The notes below the pieces were generated by a model that saw nothing but the letters and a program-made list of their open reading frames with translations, made no database searches and was not told the DNA's origin. A DNA stretch of 64,000 nucleotides from Chitinophagaceae bacterium (GTDB taxonomy: Bacteria; Bacteroidota; Bacteroidia; Chitinophagales; Chitinophagaceae), in assembly GCA_032654705.1 (NCBI GenBank), contig JAULAZ010000003.1, positions 2,695,571 to 2,759,570 of the forward strand, given 5' to 3'. The position numbers and the translations under genes were made by a program. Below are positions 35,577 through 45,858 of the stretch, piece by piece; within the stretch, counting starts at the first letter, position 1; every line of letters starts with the position of its first letter.

Positions 35577-35612
35577 AAAACCATCCCGACGTTCACAGTC
35601 GGGATGGTTTTG
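35577..35612 (-). terminator. Intercistronic hairpin/terminator after the subunit IV gene
   Basis: aaaaccatcccgac-gttcaca-gtcgggatggtttt. Confidence 0.55.
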
Positions 35613-35639
35613 TGATATGAATACTATTAAAAGAACTGA

Positions 35640-36086
35640 TTATTTTCCCCCGGGGTTTTCTACCGGTGTAATGAATTTAGCCTGGTTTTCCGGCAATGAT
35701 CTTTCTTTAAAATGCAAATCATATTTGTTCCGGAGATTCTTATATGAATTTCCATCGGTAATAAAAGCAATGATAAACCAGATAAACAGCGCCAGCGGCA
35801 CTACAATGGTCATGATCAGGTTTCTTATTTCATCACCCAGGTGCATAAAAACAGAAACAATGAAATATGCCTTGGCCAGTGAAAGAACAATGATCACTCC
35901 TTTTATAAGCAGTCGCCTCAGGTCATCCGGAAGGCTCAGCGCATACAATAAAAGACCAAGGCCCAGTTCAATCATCGTAATAATAAGTAATACCCAGAAA
36001 ATTTTCCAGATACGTTTTACATTACCCGCCGCAGGGGCATGATGAAAAGAAATTTCAGATGATACCGCTTGATGTTCCATACTCAT
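35640..36086 (-). CDS. Cytochrome c oxidase subunit IV family protein (bacterial aa3/caa3 type)
   Basis: Small protein with 3 TM helices directly after the subunit III genes. I chose the ATG at 36086; the track TTG is at 36095. Confidence 0.6.
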   Translation of the reverse strand: MSMEHQAVSSEISFHHAPAAGNVKRIWKIFWVLLIITMIELGLGLLLYALSLPDDLRRLLIKGVIIVLSLAKAYFIVSVFMHLGDEIRNLIMTIVVPLALFIWFIIAFITDGNSYKNLRNKYDLHFKERSLPENQAKFITPVENPGGK

Positions 36087-36108
36087 AGTATTCAAATAAT
36101 TTTATTTA

Positions 36109-36855
36109 TCAAATCAGGTAAAAACATAAAAATACAAATACCCAAACCAGGTCAACAAAGTGCCAGTATAAGCCAGCTTTTTCAACCATCAGGTAATGTC
36201 CTTTTCTGTCAAACACACCTTTATATGCCATTATCAGCATAATTGTATTAATAATAACTCCTGAAAAAACATGGAATCCGTGAAAGCCGGTGATGCCAAA
36301 AAAGTATCCGCCAAATGCCACTGGCCCGGGTGTTGATACAGTATGCCCGTGATAAGCTACTCCTTCCACAACAGATCCCCATGGATTATGCGCCATATTC
36401 TGTCCCCATATTTCCACTTGCCCGTTTACCAGTACAGCATGTTCACTGGTAATAAGGTGATGCCACTCCCAGGCCTGGCAGCCAAGAAAAGCTAATCCTC
36501 CGACAATTGTCCATGCAAGCCATTTTATAACTCCTTTGCGATTTCCCTGGTGACCCTCATGCACAGCCAGTACCATGGTAACTGAACTCATGATAAGTAT
36601 AAACGTCATCACACTCACAAAAGCCAAAGGCAGGTTGGCATGACCCGCTCCGGGAAAAGCATTGAATACCACGTTGGGATTAGGCCAGTAGTTCTGGCTG
36701 AAACGAATGGAACCATAAGAAATCAGGAATGCACCAAAAGTGAAAGCATCACTCATTAAAAAATACCACATCATCAGCTTGCCATACTCAACGTTAAAAG
36801 GGCTTTTGCCCCCGCTCCACCATTTGGTCTGATGTACTGTTGCTTGTGTTGACAT
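36109..36855 (-). CDS. ctaE: Cytochrome c oxidase subunit III
   Basis: 248 aa. It has the HGFHVFSGV and YWHFVDLVWVFVF motifs of the Cox3 family. Confidence 0.85.
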   Translation of the reverse strand: MSTQATVHQTKWWSGGKSPFNVEYGKLMMWYFLMSDAFTFGAFLISYGSIRFSQNYWPNPNVVFNAFPGAGHANLPLAFVSVMTFILIMSSVTMVLAVHEGHQGNRKGVIKWLAWTIVGGLAFLGCQAWEWHHLITSEHAVLVNGQVEIWGQNMAHNPWGSVVEGVAYHGHTVSTPGPVAFGGYFFGITGFHGFHVFSGVIINTIMLIMAYKGVFDRKGHYLMVEKAGLYWHFVDLVWVFVFLCFYLI

Positions 36856-36890
36856 ATTTATTAATATTCCAGATTAAAAATATACTTACT

Positions 36891-37457
36891 TTATCCAACC
36901 AGTAAAAAAAATATCATCAGGTAAATCCATAACAAATCAACAAAATGCCAGTAGGTTGCCATTACTTCTGCCGGAACCGAACTGTATAATTTTGCTTTCC
37001 CGGCAAATCCTTTAACGGATATTATCATTAAAGCAATTACACCACCAATTACATGCAGTCCGTGTAAACCAAATATCACATACAAAAATTGTCCGGCACC
37101 TGAGCCTTTGAAGGTTATCCCTTGCTCCCATAGTTGCTGAAATCCCCTCCATTGAAAAAACAGGAACGCTATTCCCAGCAACAATGAAATACCCAACAGT
37201 AACCGGTACCAGTTCCACTTTTTTTGCTTAAAAGAACTTACTGCCAGCTGGAGAGTTACACTGCTGATGATTATTACAGCAGTTGAAATCCAGAACATTT
37301 TCGGCATGGTTATCTGCAAAAAATTTGTCTGTTTGCTTTTTACGATAAAAGCACTGGTCAATCCGGCAAACATCATGACAATGCTGCCAATGGCCACCCA
37401 TAGTGTAAACTTGTATGGATGAATTTTGTTTTTTTGTTCTATACTCACTGTACTCAT
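36891..37457 (-). CDS. Cytochrome c oxidase subunit III-like protein (second, short copy)
   Basis: 188 aa with HGLHVIGGV and YWHFVDLLWIYL motifs. Confidence 0.8.
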   Translation of the reverse strand: MSTVSIEQKNKIHPYKFTLWVAIGSIVMMFAGLTSAFIVKSKQTNFLQITMPKMFWISTAVIIISSVTLQLAVSSFKQKKWNWYRLLLGISLLLGIAFLFFQWRGFQQLWEQGITFKGSGAGQFLYVIFGLHGLHVIGGVIALMIISVKGFAGKAKLYSSVPAEVMATYWHFVDLLWIYLMIFFLLVG

Positions 37458-37540
37458 ATAATCAAATTCAAAACTAAAAAGTCAAAAAAGGAAGCCTAAC
37501 AAACAGCTTAGTTTGATTTTAATTTTTTAATTTTTACTTA

Positions 37541-38422
37541 TCAAGCCTTACTCAATAAAAAAGCCAACATCACCACCGGCAAATACATATAACTGCCAAA
37601 CATCACTTTCCTTGCAGCACCAACATCCATTTTCCGGTACAACATCACACATCTTCCAATCATAAATAAATTTGCCAACCCGATCAACCCCAAACTTATT
37701 TTTCCCTGCATATTATCGTAACTGCATATTCCTGTAAAATAAGGCGCCAGTGTAACCGGTATTAATAACAGCGAATACATAATGGTTTGCATCGCTGTAA
37801 ATTTTGTTGGTCCTTCATCTGCTGGCAGCAACTTAAACCCAACCGAAGAATAATCTTTGTGTGCCAGCCAGGCAATGGCCCAAAAATGCGGGAACTGCCA
37901 AAAAAACTGGAAAGCAAACAATACCCATCCTCCCGTTGACAATTCATTATCTCCCGCTGCCCAGCCAATCAGGCAAGGCAATGCGCCCGGCACAGCACCC
38001 ATTAACACAGCAATTGAATTTACTTTTTTCAACGGCGTATAAATAAATGCGTACAGAAATAAGCTAAACGCTGCTAATCCTGCTGTCAGCCAGTTGAAAA
38101 AATAGCCCAGCACAAATACACCAGCCACTCCTGTGATGATAGCAAAGGCCCATCCTTCCTGCACACTCAAACGGCCTGATGCCACCGGGCGATTCGCAGT
38201 CCGTTTCATTTTAGCATCCGTATCTTTTTCAACTACCATGTTGATGGCATTGGCGCTGCCTGTTACCAGTATCCCACCTGCAAAGAGCAATAATATCATC
38301 TTCCAGAAGTTCACATAGCTCTCTGAGCCTTTTGTCAATGCAAAACTCATTACACTACTGAACACCACCATGATACTCAGCGAAGGCTTAATCAACAACA
38401 AAAAATCTTTAAACTTCTTCAT
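37541..38422 (-). CDS. ctaB: Protoheme IX farnesyltransferase (heme O synthase)
   Basis: UbiA-family motifs: NMVVEKDTDAKMKRTANRP and the second Asp-rich-region equivalent. It is polytopic. I used the ATG at 38422; the GTG at 38428 is the track start. Confidence 0.9.
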   Translation of the reverse strand: MKKFKDFLLLIKPSLSIMVVFSSVMSFALTKGSESYVNFWKMILLLFAGGILVTGSANAINMVVEKDTDAKMKRTANRPVASGRLSVQEGWAFAIITGVAGVFVLGYFFNWLTAGLAAFSLFLYAFIYTPLKKVNSIAVLMGAVPGALPCLIGWAAGDNELSTGGWVLFAFQFFWQFPHFWAIAWLAHKDYSSVGFKLLPADEGPTKFTAMQTIMYSLLLIPVTLAPYFTGICSYDNMQGKISLGLIGLANLFMIGRCVMLYRKMDVGAARKVMFGSYMYLPVVMLAFLLSKA

Positions 38423-38575
38423 CACCACATTCGCTTATTATATAAAGAACATAAAAATTTATTTTCCCAACACCAGTGCTACTATCATCGTCTGTTGTGT
38501 CACTCACTTCATCTTTCGGTAATTCTATTCAGCAACCCACCCTATTTACCTAAATTTTAAAGAACCCTTATTTCA

Positions 38576-38597
38576 CCCCTCCCAGGGGGATGAGCCC
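38576..38597. repeat. GC-rich hairpin repeat, subfamily CCCCTCCCAGG..GGGGATGA..CCC (copy D)
   Basis: cccctcccagggggatgagccc. It is nearly identical to 46028-46052. Confidence 0.6.
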
Positions 38598-38654
38598 TAA
38601 ATTCAAAATACTAACATCATCATATTAAATTCCAAACAATCAAACTCTTCTTAA

Positions 38655-38681
38655 GCCCTCCTTCGGAGGGATTTGGGGAGG
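38655..38681. repeat. GC-rich hairpin repeat, copy E, 3 nt after the ctaD stop
   Basis: ccctccttcggagggatttggggagg. Its reverse complement, cctccccaaatccctccgaaggaggg, fits the CCCC-N3-(C)CCT-loop-AGGG family. Confidence 0.6.
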
Positions 38682-38683
38682 CC

Positions 38684-40483
38684 TTAGTGTGGCTTCTCAC
38701 CCTCTCCAACCGGCTCCGTCTGCGGAATATTTTCTCTTCCGTCTTTACTATAATCATATGGCCAGCGGTGAACTTCAGGAATTTCTCCTTCCCAGTTTCC
38801 GTGACCCGGGCGAATAGGCGTTGTCCATTCCAATGTATTGGCTCCCCATGGATTTTGTGTAGTAACTTTTCTTCCTTTAAAAACAGAATAGAAGAAATTA
38901 AGTAAAAACAACAATTGAATCGCAAATACTATTATTGAAACAACAGTGATCATTTTATCCAGATCGCCAAACTGGTTAAAAGAAACCCAGCCTCTTTTAT
39001 CCAGGTATCGCCTTGGCATACCGGCTAATCCTTCATAGTGCATTGGCCAGAAAATAAGATAGGCCCCAATTATGGTGATCCAAAAATGAATATAGCCGAG
39101 AGAATTATTCAGGTAACGCCCAAACATTTTTGGAAACCAGTGATAAATTCCTGCAAACATTCCAAATATCCCGGCAACGCCCATCACAATATGGAAGTGT
39201 GCCACTACAAACATTGTGTCGTGTAGTTGAATATCAATGGTGGAGTTGCCGAGAAAAATACCTGTTAATCCGCCTGAAATAAATAAACTAACAAAGCCCA
39301 CAGCAAATAATGTAGCTGGAGTAAACCGTATGTTACCTCTCCAGAGTGTCGTCAACCAGTTAAATACCTTAATAGCAGATGGCACAGCAATCAGCAGGGT
39401 GAGCAATACGAATACGGAACCAAGAAAAGGATTTAGTCCTGTTACAAACATATGGTGCGCCCAGACCAGGAACCCCAGAACGGTGATGGCAAATAAAGAT
39501 CCCACCATGGCCATATAACCAAAAATGGGTTTGCGGGAATTAACGGAAAGTACTTCTGAAACAATTCCCATCGCCGGCAAAATAATGATGTACACTTCAG
39601 GGTGACCCAGGAACCAGAACAAGTGCTGGAATAAGATGGCGCTTCCGCCTTCATTGGGTAATATTTGTCCGTTCACCACAATATCACTCAGGTAAAAACT
39701 GGTACCAAGATTACGATCAAACAATAACAGGATTAAACCGGAAAGTAATACCGGGAATGACAATACACCAAGAATAGCAGTAAAGAACATGGCCCAAATT
39801 GTCAATGGCATTCTTGTCATGCTCATTCCTTTTGTACGCAGATTGAGAATGGTTGAAATATAATTTAACCCGCCAAGCAATGCTGACACTACGAACATAG
39901 CCATGCTCACAATCCATAGATCCATTCCCATTTTGGAGCCTTGCGATGCCTGACCCAAAGCGCTAAGCGGCGGATATACTGTCCATCCACCAGCAGCAGG
40001 ACCTGTAGAAATAAATAAAGAAGAAGTCATGATCACACTGGCCAAAAAGAAAAACCAATATGAAAGCATATTCAGAAATGGAGAAGCCATATCCCTTGCT
40101 CCCAATTGTAAGGGAATAAGAATATTGGCAAACGTTCCGCTCAATCCTGCTGTTAACACAAAAAACACCAGTACGGTGCCATGCATGGTAATTAACGCAT
40201 AATAAAATTCTGGTTTTATTTGTCCGCCCTCAGCCCATTTGCCGAATATTGTTTCCAGAATAGGGAATGACTGATCAGGATAGCCTAATTGCAAACGAAA
40301 TAACACCGAAAACAATCCTCCTACAACAGCCCAGATAATGCCGGTAATCAAAAACTGCTTGCCGATCATTTTATGATCCTGGCTGAAGATGTATTTTGTA
40401 ATGAAAGTTTCTTTGTGGTGATGCACATGGTGCTCAGCATGTGTTGTTACCATTTCCGGATGTACATTCATTGCTTCAGTCAT
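38684..40483 (-). CDS. ctaD: Cytochrome c oxidase subunit I
   Basis: 599 aa. It has the canonical heme-copper motifs WFFGHPEVY-like (HLFWFLGHPEVYIIILP) and HHMFVTG, and the VAHFHIVMG region. Confidence 0.95.
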   Translation of the reverse strand: MTEAMNVHPEMVTTHAEHHVHHHKETFITKYIFSQDHKMIGKQFLITGIIWAVVGGLFSVLFRLQLGYPDQSFPILETIFGKWAEGGQIKPEFYYALITMHGTVLVFFVLTAGLSGTFANILIPLQLGARDMASPFLNMLSYWFFFLASVIMTSSLFISTGPAAGGWTVYPPLSALGQASQGSKMGMDLWIVSMAMFVVSALLGGLNYISTILNLRTKGMSMTRMPLTIWAMFFTAILGVLSFPVLLSGLILLLFDRNLGTSFYLSDIVVNGQILPNEGGSAILFQHLFWFLGHPEVYIIILPAMGIVSEVLSVNSRKPIFGYMAMVGSLFAITVLGFLVWAHHMFVTGLNPFLGSVFVLLTLLIAVPSAIKVFNWLTTLWRGNIRFTPATLFAVGFVSLFISGGLTGIFLGNSTIDIQLHDTMFVVAHFHIVMGVAGIFGMFAGIYHWFPKMFGRYLNNSLGYIHFWITIIGAYLIFWPMHYEGLAGMPRRYLDKRGWVSFNQFGDLDKMITVVSIIVFAIQLLFLLNFFYSVFKGRKVTTQNPWGANTLEWTTPIRPGHGNWEGEIPEVHRWPYDYSKDGRENIPQTEPVGEGEKPH

Positions 40484-40497
40484 ATTCGTTTATTTTA

Positions 40498-40515
40498 CCC
40501 CCGGCATGCCGGGGG
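40498..40515. other. Perfect 18-nt GC palindrome between the subunit II and subunit I genes
   Basis: CCCCCGGCATGCCGGGGG, in an otherwise AT-rich 77-nt spacer. Confidence 0.7.
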
Positions 40516-40560
40516 GTTTCTAATTTCTTATAGTTTCTTTAGCGCCGGTTACAGCGTTTG

Positions 40561-41628
40561 TTATTTATTATTTGTAATTACAGTTAGAGTTCTGGTTGTA
40601 TCAGTTGCCATTTTTTGTGATGCCGGGTCTTTATCAGGATTAGCCACAAAATATTGTGGTTTTTTACGGGATATCCAGGCATCAAATTCTTGCTGTGATT
40701 CCACGATGATTTCACCCCTCATGCTCCAGTGTCCTTTACCACACATCTGGTCGCATGAAATTTCATAAACAAAATCAGGGTTGGCTGTTTTTTGTTTCAT
40801 TTCTTTAGTAGTGAACCTTGGCGTGAACCACATAGTGGTGGGTGTACCCGGTACTGCATCCATTTTCATTCTGAAATGTACAAGGCCCACATTATGTATT
40901 ACGTCTTTTGAACCAATTACAAGTTTCACCGGTTTATTTACTACCAGGTGCATCGGCTCACCGCTTATATACACATCATCGTGGTTGGCTGCATCATCCC
41001 AAATCTGGCCCAAAGGATTATTGTTTGCAGGATCAATATTTTTGAAATATTTTTTTCCTAATATACCCATACCGCCCGGGCCGTCTTTGCCGGGATAACG
41101 AAACTCCCATTTAAACTGGCTTCCCGTTACCTCTACTACCATTGCATCTTTAGGAGCATTGCCTGTAATCTTGTACCAATAAAACAAACCAAAACCCACC
41201 AGCACGGTTAATGCAATTGCAGGGATTACTGTCCAGATCAATTCTAATTTATTGCTATGAGGAAAGAAAAAGGCTTTGCGGGTATCAGAAGCCTGGTATT
41301 TATAAGCAAACCAGAACAAGGTAATTTGTGTAACCACAAAAACAAATCCTGTCAGTGCAAGAGTGATCCACATCATCCGGTCGATGTCCACTCCCTGCAC
41401 AGAGGCAGATTCTCCCAATATTTTTCCTTTCAATTTTACATTGCAATAATAAACTCCTATCATACCAATAATAAGAAAAGCCATTAGCATGAAGGCGTTA
41501 ATCCGGTTAGATCTTTTCTTTGCCTTTTCTTCTCCACGCAATATGGCCACATATTCGCTGGCTTTAGCAATCTGAAAGACAATCAGAAAGACAAAAGCCA
41601 GAACTGCAATTATTAAAAATGCTTGCAT
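40561..41628 (-). CDS. ctaC: Cytochrome c oxidase subunit II (CuA type)
   Basis: Two N-terminal TM helices and the CuA motif CDQMCGKGHWSM, with HNVGLVHF upstream. I chose the ATG at 41628 (MQAFLIIAVL...); the track ORF starts at 41715. Confidence 0.9.
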   Translation of the reverse strand: MQAFLIIAVLAFVFLIVFQIAKASEYVAILRGEEKAKKRSNRINAFMLMAFLIIGMIGVYYCNVKLKGKILGESASVQGVDIDRMMWITLALTGFVFVVTQITLFWFAYKYQASDTRKAFFFPHSNKLELIWTVIPAIALTVLVGFGLFYWYKITGNAPKDAMVVEVTGSQFKWEFRYPGKDGPGGMGILGKKYFKNIDPANNNPLGQIWDDAANHDDVYISGEPMHLVVNKPVKLVIGSKDVIHNVGLVHFRMKMDAVPGTPTTMWFTPRFTTKEMKQKTANPDFVYEISCDQMCGKGHWSMRGEIIVESQQEFDAWISRKKPQYFVANPDKDPASQKMATDTTRTLTVITNNK

Positions 41629-41763
41629 ACTTCTTAAATCTAAATGTTTCGTAAAAACGCATTTTTTGGCGTATCTACCAAAAATAATTTTGTGCCCCCA
41701 ACATGCCCGCTGCAATTATTGTTGCAGAGACGCAAAATTCAGCGCCTCTGCAACAAAACAGAA

Positions 41764-42993
41764 TTACGTATGATGAATTACACTTTCTTTGATAAAAGGA
41801 TGATTTTTTGCCAGCAACGGGGCCTTGCTTAATGCCCTGCCGGTTACAAACATAATCAGCCCGACAAATCCCAATGCTATAGCAAAGTCATATAGCAGCA
41901 TTGGTACATGATCCGGTGAAGGTCCGGGAAAAACCATTTGATAAAAATCCAGCCAATGTCCAAAAATGATTAACAAGGCCATAAAAGTGATCGTTGTATA
42001 ATTTCTCTTCGATCCTCTCTTCATTAATATTAATAACGGCGCCAGAAAATTGATGATAAACATCAGCCAGAAAATGCCACTGTATATTCCCTGTGCTCTT
42101 GGTTTGAAATAAGTAGTTTCTTCCGGAATGTTAGCATACCAGATAAGCATGAACTGGGAAAACCACAAGTAAGTCCAGAAAATTGAAAAAGCAAACATAA
42201 ATTTCCCGATATCATGCAGGTGTTCTTCATTGGTAAGCTCCAGGTAGCCTGAATTTTTAAGATAAACCACAAATAAACAGATCAATGACATCCCGGCAAC
42301 AAATGAACTGGCAAAAGTGTACCAGCTATACATCGTGCTGTACCAGTGTGCATCAATACTCATCAGCCACAGCCAGGGAATAGATGACATTACTGTTAGT
42401 GCAAACACAATAATAAATAAGGCTGCCCACACGGTGTTGTTCCAGATATATTTTTTTCCTTCTTCTCTTGTTGCCAATGGCTTTTCGTCAAGGCTGCGGG
42501 AAAGTTTTCTCATCTTCCATCCCAGCAGCGACCAGGCTGCAATGGTGAAGATTGTTACACCCGCAAAAAAGTTTTTATTCAGAAAGCCCGACTTCCATTG
42601 TAAGGTTTCATCTCCTGCTACCACTTTTGAATCTGTCCAGTGGTAAAGCACATGGCTATCGCTGAAACATATCAATAAAAGAATAATGCCACTTATAGTT
42701 CCGATTACAGGTACCACGGCAGAAATAGCTTCCGGCACCCGGCGAAATGCCATTTGCCAACCACCCCATGCCAATGTGGTGGCGCAAATAAAAAACATTG
42801 ACGCATTTACCACCAGCAAAAAGTAAACACTGTTGTGCAACATGGCTGCCCAGAACCGGGCCTGTTTGTGTACGTCACTTTTTGCGCCATGTGTTACATA
42901 CAAACCAACGATAGCCAGCAAACCGACTACCATTAAGGCTATTGCAATGGTGTTGTATCTCTTTGGTATGATGAATCGCTCCCGTATTGACAT
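41764..42993 (-). CDS. actF: Alternative complex III subunit ActF-like membrane protein
   Basis: 409 aa and polytopic. It is the last gene of the act cluster, the position and size expected for ActF. Confidence 0.7.
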   Translation of the reverse strand: MSIRERFIIPKRYNTIAIALMVVGLLAIVGLYVTHGAKSDVHKQARFWAAMLHNSVYFLLVVNASMFFICATTLAWGGWQMAFRRVPEAISAVVPVIGTISGIILLLICFSDSHVLYHWTDSKVVAGDETLQWKSGFLNKNFFAGVTIFTIAAWSLLGWKMRKLSRSLDEKPLATREEGKKYIWNNTVWAALFIIVFALTVMSSIPWLWLMSIDAHWYSTMYSWYTFASSFVAGMSLICLFVVYLKNSGYLELTNEEHLHDIGKFMFAFSIFWTYLWFSQFMLIWYANIPEETTYFKPRAQGIYSGIFWLMFIINFLAPLLILMKRGSKRNYTTITFMALLIIFGHWLDFYQMVFPGPSPDHVPMLLYDFAIALGFVGLIMFVTGRALSKAPLLAKNHPFIKESVIHHT

Positions 42994-43055
42994 CAGTGTT
43001 CGTTTTATTTTTATTATCAGAGACGCATCCTTCGACCAGCTCAGGACTTGCGTCT

Positions 43056-43694
43056 TTACGGTTTTACTGTTTTGATACTGTCTTTTGCAGGCGCCGGTGT
43101 TGCACTAACATTTGCCGCCTGCTTTTCTTTTATATAATGAATAATCATCCAACGCTGTTCAGGACTTAACTGGGAAGCATAACTTCCCATTAAATTTCTA
43201 CCATAGGTAACAGAATGAAACATGGTTCCCTCTGCCATATTGGTAACTACCGGGTCAGTTAAGAAATTCCTGGGGGCAGCAGGAAAAGGGCCATCTCCTC
43301 CTTTCCACAAAGGTCCATTGCCATCCAATTTATCTCCATGACAAATACCGCAATAAATCAAATACATCCTTGATGCTTCTTTAAATTGTACAGCAGTCAA
43401 CGGAGGCAATGGATTGATGACATTTTTGGAATTGGCATACCCCGCCGAATCATTTTTATAGGGATATACTGCGAGTGAGTCGCCGCGGGCAATTGTTCCC
43501 TCCACCGGCATGGCGTTGTAATTAATTCCTTTATTCTTCAAAGCCTCTGTTGATGCATAAGTTTCATAAGCACGGCTGTAAGCCATATCGGGCATATAGG
43601 CCCTTCCGGGATTACGCTGAATACTACTACAACTTACCAGTGCAGCTCCTGCTATTAAACAACCTGCTATTATCCAATATTTTTTCATCGTCAT
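43056..43694 (-). CDS. actE: ACIII monoheme cytochrome c subunit ActE (lipoprotein)
   Basis: Lipobox-like AALVSCSS and a single CGICH heme motif. Confidence 0.8.
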   Translation of the reverse strand: MTMKKYWIIAGCLIAGAALVSCSSIQRNPGRAYMPDMAYSRAYETYASTEALKNKGINYNAMPVEGTIARGDSLAVYPYKNDSAGYANSKNVINPLPPLTAVQFKEASRMYLIYCGICHGDKLDGNGPLWKGGDGPFPAAPRNFLTDPVVTNMAEGTMFHSVTYGRNLMGSYASQLSPEQRWMIIHYIKEKQAANVSATPAPAKDSIKTVKP

Positions 43695-43720
43695 TTATTA
43701 TATAATTTCGAATGACCTGC

Positions 43721-44299
43721 TTAGGATTTTCTTTCAAACCTTTTTGTTTCTTTATCATAACGGCCCAGCCACCATTCTGTTTCTTTATACTGCACCTGCA
43801 CTTCTGCAGCGCCAAGGTTTTTTAAAAAACTCATTGCTTCTTCATCATTGGTTTTATCCGTACACTCCAGCGCCATTACAAATGTGTCATCTGTTGACCG
43901 GAGATTAAAATGATCTTTTCTTACAAATGGCGCCAGCTGGCACAAATAGCAAAAAGTAAGTACCATACCGACAGAGGCAAACAGTACGGTCAGCTCAAAC
44001 GTAATAGGAATCCATGCCGGTAAGGAAAAGAACGGCTTACCTCCAAAGTTTAACTGCCAGTCCACTGTCAATGCCCAGGTAATAAAACCCACTGCAGTAG
44101 AGGTGCCGGTAATACCATAAATAAATCCGGCAGTATGCAGGCTGGTATCCCGAAGACCCATGGCTTTATCCAATCCATGAATAGGAAATGGCGTAAAGAT
44201 GTCATGAATCTTGTACCCTGCACGGCGAGTCTTCTTTACAGCGGGGAACAACACCGCCTCATCATAAAAATTTCCTGTTATAAATTTTTTTACAGCCAT
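43721..44299 (-). CDS. actD: ACIII subunit ActD (DUF3341-type)
   Basis: 192 aa with two central TM helices. It lies between the actC and actE equivalents. Confidence 0.75.
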   Translation of the reverse strand: MAVKKFITGNFYDEAVLFPAVKKTRRAGYKIHDIFTPFPIHGLDKAMGLRDTSLHTAGFIYGITGTSTAVGFITWALTVDWQLNFGGKPFFSLPAWIPITFELTVLFASVGMVLTFCYLCQLAPFVRKDHFNLRSTDDTFVMALECTDKTNDEEAMSFLKNLGAAEVQVQYKETEWWLGRYDKETKRFERKS

Positions 44300-44403
44300 T
44301 TTTTTAGCTTTTAGCCGCTAGCTTAACTTTATTTTTTATAAACTCTTCAACTCTTTGATACCTGCCTGCTAATAGCTTATGGCTATTAGCTAACAGCTTT
44401 TCT

Positions 44404-45858
44404 CTATGCTCCATGATCATGCCCATGCTTTTCTCCAAATTCGCTCACACTTTCATGCTCTAATTCATCCATCTTTTCTTTATAATTTCCTCCACTTCTT
44501 TTTAATATATGTTTGATCTCTGCTAACGCAATAACCGGGAAGAATTTGGAAAACAGGAAATAACAGGTGAAGAACAATCCAAACGTTCCCATATAAAATC
44601 CAACTTCCCAGATAGTCGGCCGGTAATAGGTACTCCAGGCACTTGGCAAAAAATCCCTGTAAACAGAAGTCACGATAATTACAAACCTTTCGAACCACAT
44701 ACCAATGTTGATCAATATTGACATGAAGAATGTAAGCAAAATATTTCTTCTCATCTTTTTGAACCAGAATATCTGCGGCGATAGTACGTTACATCCCATC
44801 ATAATCCAATAGCTCCACCCATAAGGGCTCAACAGGTTTAACCTGTTTTCTTTAAATGCAAACCATTCATATGACGAATGGGAATACCAGGCCATAAACA
44901 ATTCGGTCAGGTAGGCAATACCAACAATGGAACCAGTCAGCACTATTACTTTATTCATCGACTCAACATGCTCAAGTGTAATGTATTCTTCCAATGCCAG
45001 CACTTTTCTTGTAACAATCAGCAGTGTTTGCACCATGGCAAATCCAGAAAAAATAGCTCCTGCAACAAAGTAAGGAGGAAAGATAGTCGTATGCCATCCC
45101 GGCACCACTGAAGTTGCGAAGTCGAAGGATACAATAGTGTGTACTGATAATACCAGTGGTGTACTTATCCCCGCCAATACCAATGCCAAAGCTTCATGTC
45201 TTTGCCAGTGTTTGGTACTTCCTGTCCAACCAAAAGCTGCAACACCATAAAATACTTTTCTCCATTTCTTTTTGGCCCTGTCACGAAGAGTGGCAAGGTC
45301 AGGTATCAAACCACTGTACCAGAATAATAATGATACAGTGAAATAAGTTGATATCGCAAATACATCCCAAAGCAATGGTGAGTTAAAGTTTACCCATAAC
45401 GGGCCTCTTGTATTGGGATAAGGAAGAACAAAAAATGCATTCCATACTCGACCCATATGCCAGATAGGAAACTGGCCTGCACACATTACCGCAAAAATTG
45501 TCATGGCCTCCGCTGCCCGGTTCACACCTGTTCTCCAGCCCTGTCGGAATAATAATAAGATAGCAGAGATCAGTGTTCCTGCGTGACCAATTCCGATCCA
45601 CCATACAAAGTTGGTAATATCCCATCCCCAACCAACCGTCTTATTCAGGTTCCATTGTCCCGTTCCATAAATAACCTCAACGGTAACGGAAATAATACCG
45701 AAAACAAGGAAAGCAACAGAGATCAAAAAACCAATCCACCATGCACGGGTAGGTCTGGCCTCTACCGGCCGGCAAATATCTTCGGTTATCTGGTGATAAT
45801 CCTTATCGCCCTCAACCAGCGGCGGTCTTACCTGTGATTCGTATCTGAGTAATGCCAT
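44404..45858 (-). CDS. actC: ACIII quinol-interacting membrane subunit ActC (NrfD/PsrC family)
   Basis: 484 aa with about 10 TM helices and NrfD-like composition. It lies directly after the actB-like gene. Confidence 0.85.
   Translation of the reverse strand: MALLRYESQVRPPLVEGDKDYHQITEDICRPVEARPTRAWWIGFLISVAFLVFGIISVTVEVIYGTGQWNLNKTVGWGWDITNFVWWIGIGHAGTLISAILLLFRQGWRTGVNRAAEAMTIFAVMCAGQFPIWHMGRVWNAFFVLPYPNTRGPLWVNFNSPLLWDVFAISTYFTVSLLFWYSGLIPDLATLRDRAKKKWRKVFYGVAAFGWTGSTKHWQRHEALALVLAGISTPLVLSVHTIVSFDFATSVVPGWHTTIFPPYFVAGAIFSGFAMVQTLLIVTRKVLALEEYITLEHVESMNKVIVLTGSIVGIAYLTELFMAWYSHSSYEWFAFKENRLNLLSPYGWSYWIMMGCNVLSPQIFWFKKMRRNILLTFFMSILINIGMWFERFVIIVTSVYRDFLPSAWSTYYRPTIWEVGFYMGTFGLFFTCYFLFSKFFPVIALAEIKHILKRSGGNYKEKMDELEHESVSEFGEKHGHDHGA

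Noticed and set aside
36109-37457. Two adjacent cox3-like genes that might be a split or pseudogenised subunit III
   Set aside because: Both ORFs are intact with ATG starts, and each carries its own HG(F/L)HV and YWHFVD motifs. As I recall, this two-gene arrangement is common in Bacteroidota oxidase operons.
38620-38925. 101-aa ORF overlapping the 3' end of ctaD and the downstream spacer
   Set aside because: It is a different frame on the same strand as ctaD. It overlaps the well-supported ctaD 3' end and extends through the GC-rich repeat downstream of the ctaD stop. Its SPNPSEGG segment is simply the read-out of that repeat. It is not a credible gene.
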